53,524 nucleotides of DNA from Octopus bimaculoides (Eukaryota): positions 134,022,179-134,075,702 of the forward strand of contig NC_068981.1 in assembly GCF_001194135.2 (NCBI RefSeq), in the 5' to 3' direction. Both the position numbers and the translations under genes were made by a program. The notes under the pieces are model-generated. The model was not told where the DNA came from and did not search any database. It saw only the letters and a program-made list of their open reading frames with translations. This document shows, piece by piece, positions 1 through 10,700 of this stretch; positions within the stretch are counted from its first letter, which is position 1, and every line of letters begins with the position of its first letter.

Positions 1-51
<51 letters not shown>

Positions 52-200
52 GGAGTAAGCACATGAAATGTGCAACAAGGTGGAAAAAAGAGTACTCAAA
101 TACCAGATGTACTTATATATATATATATATGTGTGTGTGTGTATATGTATATGTGTGTGTATATGTATATATATATATGTGTGTGTGTGTGTATATAATT
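1..200. repeat. (TA)n/(TG)n microsatellites
   Basis: Directly visible; similar tracts at about 32460-32620, 33160-33300, 34225-34730, 36560-37060, 46740-46880, 50360-50940, 51575-51680 and 53455-53524. Confidence 0.95.
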
Positions 201-502
201 CTTTCTACTGTAGCCTGAAATGTTTAGGAAGGGGATAAGTTGATTACAACGAGCCCAGTACTCAATTGGTACGTATTGTTGGCTGAGAGATTCATTTCTT
301 TAGTTTGGTCTACATGCCAACATGCATTATTACTTCTTGTGTCATTCCTTTCTAAGAGTACTTACGAATGAACGAATTTTAAAAACTGGAAAGGTTTTTC
401 ATTTCCGACAAGTAGAGATGAAGCGATTTCCGTACTAAGGGAAATAACTTCTGCTTTGAGTAACTAAAGTTATTTCCCATAGAATTTCGTTCTTACCTGA
501 TT

Positions 503-670
503 TTATTCTTTTCTATTCCAGGCATGTGGCTCGAAATTTTTCGAGACGGAGCCAGTCGATTTGTTCGACCTCAGTACGCAACTGGTACTTAATTTATCAA
601 CTCAGAAAGGGCGAAAGGCAAAGTCGACCTCGGCGGAATTTGAACGTTTCTGGCAGCTCGCCGCCTTAGC
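503..670 (-). mobile_element. SINE family C copy (head GGCGGCGAGCTGGCAG..., internally deleted)
   Basis: Motifs gcaactggtacttaatttatc and aaaggcaaagtcgacctcggcggaatttgaac recur at 12128, 35610 and 49313. Confidence 0.8.
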
Positions 671-1608
671 TGCATTTAATTCAGCTGAGGGTCACTACCT
701 CCATGGATGAGCAGAACGGAAAACTAAAAAACTACAATTTGCCGTTGAATTTTATTTCTCAACTTATGCAATACGAGATTTCTGTGGCTACTCAAGTATT
801 TGTCACCACTGACATCTCCGTCTCACCGAAATATAAGATGATGATGCTACTGAGGATGAGTGGCTGTCCTAGACTCTCAGCTTTCTCGTTATCCTCGGTG
901 ATGTATTTTGGACGGTCTCGATTTTTTAAAGGTGAACATAAGTCTTCCTTAGAACAGTACATAATTGAGTGGTCACATGCCTTTTTCGTTTGTTCAGTTT
1001 TACTATTTACTTTTGTCCATTTTAATAAAACCTTTTGAGTCTAAAAAAAAATTCCTCAACAACTAGAGACATTTCTAACAATATCTTTTACAAAATATTT
1101 CCCACCTACAAGACACAATTATAACAATATTTTTTAAATAAAATTCTTAGACTGAAAAAACATTACTGCCCCAGTAGTAATGATTATCACTCGGTGGATT
1201 TTAGCCCTTTACGTTCTGCGTTCAAATCCTGCAGTGGTCTTTAAAATTAAGTAGTAGTCAAATATTGAAGTTGATTTATCGATTATACTTCACCCACAAA
1301 ATTTGGACTTTGTGTTAATCTTAGAAATATTTTCTTTTCCTTTATGACATTGGTAGAAGGCTATAAATTGCAAGAAGGGCTATAAATGGTAGAATGATTG
1401 CTAATTATTTGACTCAGGTGCGAAAAAAAAACAATGTCGATCGACACTTTCATGATTTAAACTCATAACGTAAAAGATCCATCCAATCCATGTTCTTCAT
1501 CCACTATTCCTGGAAGTGTTGTGGTGGGGAGAGTGATAAGGTACCTCTTCCACAGGGTCCTATCAGAAGCAACCGTCATTACACTTTCCGGCAGGATTCC
1601 CGACTTAC

Positions 1609-1693
1609 CCACTCTCCCGAAACTGCTGGCCTCGTGCCAAAAAAATGTGAAGGAAAGGTAACTAAATATGGCAAGAGTTTGGCATGGTAACAT
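1609..1693 (-). CDS. Candidate first exon of a divergent gene (MLPCQTLAIFSYLSFTFFWHEASSFGRV-G, signal-peptide-like) or a 5' UTR exon
   Basis: Minus-strand ATG at 1693, hydrophobic N-terminus, consensus donor TGG|GTAAGT at 1608; no homology recognised. Confidence 0.3.
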
Positions 1694-1841
1694 GTAATCT
1701 CACTCCGCTAAGAACTGATGAACAGCCGGAAATAAAATTTACCATGTACTTTTTAGTACGTATCCGTTTGTCATAGTAAGGGGAGACAATTATCAAATTA
1801 CATCTTTTCGGATCGTTGTTAATTCTTTATTATTTTCAAAT
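1694..1841. promoter_or_regulatory. Putative (possibly bidirectional) promoter / 5' UTR of DUSP12
   Basis: Repeat-free, relatively CpG-retaining stretch directly 5' of the ATG with an ETS-like CCGGAAAT at 1726-1733. Confidence 0.35.
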
Positions 1842-2095
1842 ATGGATCAAGTTTACGACAAACTATATTTAGGGGGACTTGAAGATGTTAAGGACGAAGA
1901 GAGCATGTCCAATGCCAAAATTACTCATGTTCTAAGTCTTTTGGATAGACCTCTACCTCCTGAAATCCAGAATAAATACACATGTAAATTCGTCCGTGTC
2001 TTGGACATGCCTGATGAAAACTTACTAACTTATTTTCCCGAATGTTTACGGTTTATTGATGAAGCTCGAGTAAATGGAACTGTGATAGTACACTG
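1842..2095 (+). CDS. DUSP12: DUSP12 coding exon 1 (MDQVYDKLYLGG...GTVIVH + TG of the catalytic Cys codon)
   Basis: ATG at 1842; donor CACTG|gtgag at 2096 (phase 2). The terminal W in the ORF track is read-through into the intron. Confidence 0.95.
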
Positions 2096-5000
2096 GTGAG
2101 TAAAGGGTTAACTACTTTTTTACAACAATGGGCTCGAAGAAATGTTACCACTTGTTATCGTTTGTTATTTTTGTGTTTCAAAACCGAGTATTCGTTCTTA
2201 TTTTTATTTATGCTGTTGCACAAAATTCTCGAGAAGAAATCATGTTCATTTATTTCTTAATTGTTTGATGCAGTAGCATAAAATTATATATAAGAAATAG
2301 GGTGACCAAGTGTATCTGTTTTATTTTTACGTTCACACACCGCCACCATCAATGTTACAGCTGTTTGATATTATGTCCGTCAGATGAGCAGCTGATAAAA
2401 GTATCACACACACACGCACAAATATGTAGCATGTAAATATTTGGGGTTTTCAACCCAATATTTACATGGTGTTATTTATAGATTTCTATGTTCTTTCAGA
2501 ACCTACTCCCAAAAAGTATTATTCCTCGTTCTCTCAAAAGTTTATAAATTCTGATGACCTCAACAATATATGTATGTATACGCACGCGCACACTAGAGTA
2601 TCAGTGCAGCGACTTATGAATCAATAAATATATATAGAATTCATATGAGTATTTTCGTGTATATATATATATATATATAGTGCCTTAATATAGCACACTC
2701 ACCGGTTCAATTTCCACTCATTATTTATTTATTCCGGAAAGCTTTTCCGTCGCTGCATTTGCAACCGTATGAATGGATTTTGACTCTGACTAGTAAATAA
2801 ATAAATGTGTGGAAGTTGAACCGATTTCCAGACACAACAAAATTGGAAACCAGTTACAAAAACGAAGTGTGTGTATGAAATTAGACTGACTCCACGTATG
2901 CCTTTTTGAAGCTTTAGGTGAAAATCGAACCCATTCCTTTGTTCATTTTTGTTATTACTTAACGATTAGGATTCACTTAGCTCTCATTCCCTTCCATGGT
3001 GAGGCTAAATATGTCTGGGTATCAGTTCGTGTATTTTTATATTCCTAACCCACACTATATCGATACTGTAATAATTATTGCTTGTTCCTCAACCTTGTAA
3101 CATTATGCAAATGTGCTTGCCGAAGTGTCAGGTGAGGATCTCAAAGGCGCATGTCTGTTCCAACGTGTCAACCTGGCGATCGTTGGCCGTGATACTGCAA
3201 GTGTCTTGGGTTACTTCCGTCGATGAAACACAAAGATCTAGATAGATAACTTGAATTTCTTTTTCTATTTATGAAAGAACAATTATCAATATGAATAACG
3301 TTTGTGCTTCTGCCTATTGTTGTTTACATTTTAATATATGCAGCTTTCTGCTACTATAATCAGTTTGAAAAAAATGAGAGGTGAACGAATCCTGATGAAT
3401 AGTTAATTAAGGGAAAGACCTTTGTAGATCTAATTTCACAACGAAACTAAATTTGTGTGGTTATCAATACGTATATTTATTTATTTATTGATAACATACA
3501 CTCTGTTTGTACTTTAGTAAACTATTCTATGACTGTGGCTATGCTTTCTCCATCATCTGCTGCCGCTGTTTGATTATTGTTACCTACGTTTGTTTTTCTC
3601 ACTGTTGATTCCGAGAAAAGTTTCTAGGGTTCTTCGAGATGAGGTGTCTTAATAAAATTCACTAAAAATTTCGGACATGTACTTGCCTAGCAAGTGATTT
3701 GATCAGAAACAGTATGTGAAAAATTAAGGTTTTTGTTTTCACATATAACATTTAAACATGTACATCTTTTAGAACAATGTCATTTTATAAGATTTTGCTG
3801 ATAAATTTTAAATTAACATAAACATTTAATTATATTAAAGAAAATTACCGGAGAACTTACATCTAATTCTTCCAAATCTTTGTTAAAACTTTATTGAAAC
3901 AATTTGTGGGGAATTTTTTTCTTTTTATCACAGCAACTGGATGCTCGCCACAAGGTTTAACAGAACCTACTGAAGCAAGCCAGCACACTTGCAACATTAC
4001 CATGGGGGATGGTGCCCTCACGGGCATCACCTGACACCTCGTTGAGGCGAGCTGCCAACATTGACAAGAACTTCGCGGCTAATTGCCCAGTCCCTCCAAA
4101 CGTATCAAACGCCACAGGCTGGAAGAGATAGTTCTCTGTCAGGTCCTGATTACAAACTATTTCAATACAGTTTTAACAGAAAGATTTGGAAGAATTAGAT
4201 GAAAGTTCCCTGGTAAAACCACATCTCTAAGATTGTCAAGAAGGCTGAGGGGGTGCTAGCATCACTCAGTAAAACCTTTGTCAGCCGCTCTCCAGTTATC
4301 TATTTAAAATTGTATACGACAGTGGTACGTCCACACTTGGAATTTACATCACCAGTTTGGAACCCCTATCTTGCTCAGCATATAAATCTGGAAACTGTTT
4401 AGAAATGTGCAACAAAACGAATACCCACCGTCAGACATCTGCCATAATCTCAATGTCTTGCTTACCTAGGTATGGATACATTGAAGCTCAGACGTTTGGC
4501 AACTGACTTGGTAGTCACCCACAAGATTATCTACATCTTTCCAACAACAACCTTGGGCACCTTTCTGAATTCTGTATGACAAACATTCACGAGCATGCTT
4601 ATAAAATCAAAAAGCACAGTACCCATGACTTTCGGAAACATTTTTTCACGCTCAGAATTGCTGAAGCGTGGAACAAACTACTCGCATCAGTAGTTAGCTG
4701 TCAAGACACTACATCCTTCAAAACTTCCATGCTTCTTGAAATCTGCCAACAGTACACCTGATGGCCTTTTTTTTTTTTAAGTTGTAGTGTACCTGAGCAC
4801 TGTATACAACAAATTCCTTCATTATACATATAAATAAATGTTTATGTTAATTTTAAAATTTGCCAGCAAAATCTTATAGAAGACACTATGTTGAAACTAA
4901 AGCAATTACAGCATGGAAGACATGTAAGAGCTATTCAGAAACTCACATAAACATTTAACTTCATTTAAATATTTATTTGCAGAAGCTGGCAGAAACGTTA

Positions 5001-6635
5001 GCACGCCAGGCGAAATGCTTACGTTTTGAGTTCAAATTACGTCGAGGTTGACTTTGCCTTTCATAATTTCGGGGTTGATAAATTAAGTACCAGTTGCATA
5101 CTGGAGTCGATGTAATCAATTGGCCCTTCCCCCAAAATTTCAGGCCTTGTGCCTATAGTGGGAAAAAACCCCCCATTTATTTGCAGTGGGACCATGTCTG
5201 CAGGCAGATCACAGTTCAGGCAATGAAGTTTTTGACACCTTAATATATGTTAAAATGAAGTTAATTGTCTTTATGTGTTTTTAAATGATTAATATGTGCC
5301 TTAATAAAAATTATTTTGTAAAAAAAAAAAATGGTATTCACTATTTTAAAAATTACAATTGCATGTATTTTTATATGAATAAATTGCTTCTCTAATTTTT
5401 TTTTTGTTTAATGTCCTATTAAAATGAAGATAAACCAGAGTTGACTGTAAAATATAGACACGGGTCCCATCATTTTTTTTTAGGTAGTTGCTTAAGGGTT
5501 CTGACTTTGGTAACTGGGGCTGTTTACTTAACGAGACTTCTGAGCAGTTGAAAAGCTGTATTTTATGGGTGCTTTCACTACTAATTACTGTTGTAATAAA
5601 TTGCTAAGTAAGCAATAAAACCAATCAGTTCAATCATCATCTCAGGCTATTGAAAAGGCTTCGTGGGGTCAAATTTTACAGTGCCTGTATTTATGTAAAT
5701 TGCTGCATCGACTAACGAAAAAACATAGTCATTTAATATATATTGTGATCGGTAAAAATGGATTGAAATGAGATCTGAGGTTGGTGTAGTTGACAAAAAT
5801 CTTTCAAAGGCGGTACCCCAGCATGGTCATGGTGCAGTAACAGATAACACACACACACACATTGATAGAAAGGACAACAAAAGAAAGAAAGAGACCTCGA
5901 TATTATGTAAATAGAGGACTTTACATATTTTTACAGATATATATATATTGAGATATATATATATTGAGGCAGTACTCTGGCATTTCTGCAGTCAAATGAA
6001 TGAAACAAGTAAAAGAATAAAAGATAGATAGATATATAGATATAATTTTATGTAGTCAAGTATTTTGCCAGTTATGGCTGGTTAGAAAGTTACCACATAT
6101 ATGTATGTGTGATATCTGTTATCAGACTGTGACCATGCTGGGGCACCACCTTCAAAAAATATATATCATTGTTATTACTTAACGTCTGTTTCCCATGGTG
6201 GAATGGGTTGGAACTGATAAGGCCAAGGGCCACACCAAGTTCCATAGCCTGTTTTAGCTTGGTTTCTACGGCCGGCTGCCCTTCCTAATAGCAACTGCTT
6301 GCAGGTGCTTTTTAAATGGCACCAGCACCATTGCTTCTTTGTGCACCTTGGTTTTAGCATCTCAATTCTGTTGTGGTGGGCAGCTCTTCTTAAGTACAGC
6401 AATGTGCCACACATCTCAGTCCTCTGTCATCTTCATAAGGTTCGGTGTTTTGAAATCAGTCTTCTAAACTTCATCCCTTTATGTTTTTCACTAACTGACA
6501 CAGCAGTTTACATAAACACAAACACTGTAAAATTTGACTCTTTGAAACCTTTTCAACAGCATGAGATGATGATTGAACTGATTGGTTTTATTGTTTACTC
6601 AACAATATATATGTGTCTGTGTCTGTGTGTATACA

Positions 6636-6671
<36 letters not shown>

Positions 6672-7670
6672 ATTCCTATTCATTGTCCCTTAACTTACCT
6701 AACTAGATTTTCCCATATTTTTCTCCTTCAGTCTTGTTGGTTGCTCCCGAGGTGCCACAGTGGTAATTGCTTGGCTCATGCAGAAAAAGCAATTAGATGT
6801 CAAAACTGCTTTAAATATGGTCAGAGACTGTAGACCCTGCATCAGGTATGAATTTTAAATATCTTAATGTTTGAGATAATTACTTGCAATTAAAGTCTTA
6901 TGTCACAAATGATGCTGAAGATTGAACCAACTAAAACATATTGTAGATATAAATAGGCATGGGCATGGCCTATGTGTGGTAAGAGGCTTGCTTCCCAACC
7001 ACATGGTTCTGGGTTCATTCTTACTGTATGGCACCTTGAGCAAGTGTTTTCTAATATGGCCTGGGCTGACCAAAGCCTTGTGAGTGGATTTGGTAGAGAG
7101 AAACTGAAAGAAGACTGTTATATGTATTTATTTTTGTATGTCTGTGTGTCTGTGGTTGTTCCCCCACCATCGTTTGGTGAGTCTACATCCCTGTAACTTA
7201 GTTTGTACAGTAAAAGAGACCAATAGAATAAGTGCTAGGCTTACAAAGAATAAATCCTGGGGTTGATTCCTTCAACTAAAAAAACCCTTTACGGTTGTGC
7301 TCCAGCATGGCTGCAGTCAAATGACTAAAATGAATAAAAGGATAAAAGAAAAGAATTGAAATGACTATGATCTCTAAAGATGAGATAAGTAAGAGATCAG
7401 ACACCTATGGTCTTCTGAAGAGCAAAGTGCAGCCTCCTGATGGAAGTTTAATGCTTAATTCTTTAGCATTTAAAACAGCCATATCTGGCCAAAATATTCT
7501 ACCTGTTTTATGTTCGCATGGCTGTGTGGTAAGAAGCTTGCTTCCCAACCATATGGTTCTGGGTTCAGTCCCACTGTATGGCACCTTGAGCAAGTGTCTT
7601 CTACTATAACCCCAGGCCGACCAAAGCCTTGTGAATGGATTTGGTAGATGGAAAGTGAAGGAAGCTTGTC

Positions 7671-7746
<76 letters not shown>

Positions 7747-10700
7747 ATATGTATGCATGTATATGTTTGTGTGTCTGTGTTTGTCTCCCCATTGTTGCTT
7801 AACAATCGATGTTGGTGTGTTTATGTCCTTCATAACTTAGCGGTTCACCAAAAGAGACTGATAAAAAAAAGTACTAGGCTTACAAAGAATAAGTCCTGGG
7901 GTTGATTTGTTCGACTAGAGGCAGTGCTCCAGCATGGCTGTAGTCAAATGACTGAAACAAATAAAAGAAACTGGTCAGATTTGACCTCTCCCATCTACCC
8001 TGTAATGTCATTGAAGAAATAAACAATCACATCCTCGAAATCTCGAAGCTGCGGGATAATGCATGATCAGTTCCATACAATGTGAGTAAATAAGCATTAT
8101 ATTTCACAGAATACTCTGAGTACTAAAGGGTTAAGGGAAGAGGTATTATTGTATTGGGGTTTTTTTTTTTTTGATCTAAATTTTATTTAAAATTTCTTTT
8201 CAACATCATTGTTTTAACCCATTACTTACCAGTGATCTCATAAGATCACTTAAAAATTACAAATTTCGTAATTATCTGTCAATATTTACACATATCTAAC
8301 CTTTTTGCTATATCTACTAGGTATATTTCTCTGATATTCAAATGAGGTTTGCTCATTTTTCACCCAATATCTCGCTTATTTCTATTTAAAATGTTATTTT
8401 GATTATTCCAGCGTGTTTCTAAGGCTGTTTTATGCTAGAAATCAAAGTTTCATAAAAAAAATTCCAGTTAATAGAATTATGGGAGGTAATGGGTTAAAAA
8501 GTCCACTTATCTTTGGTGGCATGGGCCAGATGGAATTCATTTGAAGCAGATTTTCTATGTTCAAGACTGAGAGAGCAATGGTGAGAACTATGTGTAGTGT
8601 GAAACTATCGGATAAATGGAGAGCTGAGGATTTGACGGAGATGCTGGGATTGGAGGAATTGGTGGAACAGCTGGCAAGGTGAATGGAGTGCGGTGGTATG
8701 GACATATGTTGAGGAGGGATGAGGATCATGTTCTGAGGAGAATGCTTGAGTTTAAAGTGAATGAACTGTGAAAGCGAGGTCAACCAAAGAAAATGTGGAG
8801 GGGACAGGTGGAGGAGGAGATTGGGAGGGTTAGCTTGAGGAGGGAGGACACCCAAAACTGGGCAAGATGGTGTGAGAGTGGTTGCTGTAAGAGTGAGGTA
8901 GATCCAGCCAGCCCCGTTAAAGGGGACAAACTCGGATTTAAAATATTGGACATCAACCAGATGCCCTTCCTGTTGCCAACCTTCACCTATTTCCAAGCAA
9001 GATATTTCCCCATGGCTAGACATGTTTTTCATAGAAGATTGGAAATAAACAACACTGCTTGTATGATGGTGATGCTCATTTACAGCCATCATGTGATGGC
9101 AAAACAACAATACACACACACATATACAAACAAAGAACAACATTCTTCTTACAGTTTCCACCTACCAACTCATTCACAAGGCTTTGATTAACTTTGGGCT
9201 ACAGTAGAAGATTCTTGCCATGGTGCTTTGCTGTGGGATTGAACCTGAAATCACATGATTGAGAAGCAAGCTTCTTATCCACATAGCTGTGACTGCACCA
9301 ATTCAACTTGCATCTGGTCAAGTTTGCTTAGATTTGCCCTGCTTGATTATACCACTCCTCATGATCGTACATAGTATCTGGAAGGTCAGCTGAGCCAGGG
9401 GTTTTCAAACTGTGGTCCGCGGACCACAGGGGGTTCGCAAGGACAAGACGGGGTCCGTGGACAGCAAATACTTTTTATGGGCAATTTGATTTTATATATG
9501 GTTTTTAATCAAAATCTTTTAATTGACAATAAACCTATTTATTAAATACTGTTAAATAAATAAATGTAAAAATATATGTTATTTTAAGCAAATATTTATG
9601 TATAAATTTCATAAGGTAAATCCTGAAATATAAAGGAGTCCGTAAGTCAAAAAGTTTGAAAACCCCTGAGCTGAGCAATGTCCCACTGAACTGATTAACG
9701 AAGGATTTTTTTACCTGGGTATCCAAATCAGGTTCAGTGCCACTGAACCTGGGTTGACCAAAGCCTTGTGTATGTTTATGTATGTATGCGCACACATATG
9801 TGTGTGTGTGTGTGTGTCCTTGCCTAGACATCACATGATGGTTATAAATGATCATCAATATCAAAATGATATTGTTGTTTCTAGTCTTCTGTGAAAAACA
9901 TGTCTCGCTAAGGGGAATATTACCTTACTTGGAAACAGGTGAGGGTTGACAACAAAAAAGGCATCCATCTGTAAAAAATATGTTACAATGAATTACATCT
10001 GACCCATACATGCATGGAAAAGTGGACATTGAAATAATGATGATGATGATGATAAATGTATTCTTTCTATTTTGTGCCAGACCTAACACTGGATTCCAGT
10101 TCCAGCTGGAGTTGTTTGCCCGAATGGCTTATGGTATTAATGTAAACAACAGTGATTACAAAACATTCAAGTTGAATATGTTTGGTTTGAAACTTGGTGA
10201 AGGTAAGAAATCAAAGCAATAAATAATTACCATGCAAAATGACTGTGGGTAAAAGGCTTACTCTGTGACCACATAGTTTTGGGTTCGGGCCCACTTGGTG
10301 GTAACTTGTGTATATATATCTTGTACTATATCCCCAGACCAATCAATGCACTGTGAGTAAATTTGGTTGACAGAAACTGTGTAGAAGCCTGTTGTATATA
10401 TGTGCCACATAAAAGCAACCAGCACATTCTGTAAAGTGGTTGGCATTAGGAAGGGCACCGAGCTGTAGAATCCATGCCAAATCAGACAGGAGTCTGGTGC
10501 AACTGCCCAGCTTGTCAGCTCTAGTCAAACTGTCCAACCCATACCTGCATGGACAATAAACATTAAATGATGATGGTGATTATATATATATATATAACCA
10601 AGTGAAATCATAGTCGTAGCTGATGCCAGTGCTGCCTGACTGGCACATAAAGAGCACCATTTGAGCATGGCCAATGCCAGTGCCACCTGACTGGTAACTA

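Noticed and set aside
703-1038. Plus-strand 111-aa ORF upstream of DUSP12
   Set aside because: No recognisable domain or splice link to DUSP12; the splice-like signals here are on the minus strand.
1716-1735. CTGATGA...GAAA in the promoter region (similar CTGATGA hits at about 3390, 24660, 34820 and 37960)
   Set aside because: No stems I-III can be formed; not hammerheads, and no convincing C/D snoRNA partner boxes.
3934-3954. Possible in-frame 21-nt microexon in intron 1 after a strong polypyrimidine/CAG
   Set aside because: The donor gtttaa is poor and inclusion would break the P-loop; no transcript evidence.
8442-9161. 239-aa minus-strand ORF
   Set aside because: It is the antisense frame of a purine-rich RTE fragment plus flanking repeats.
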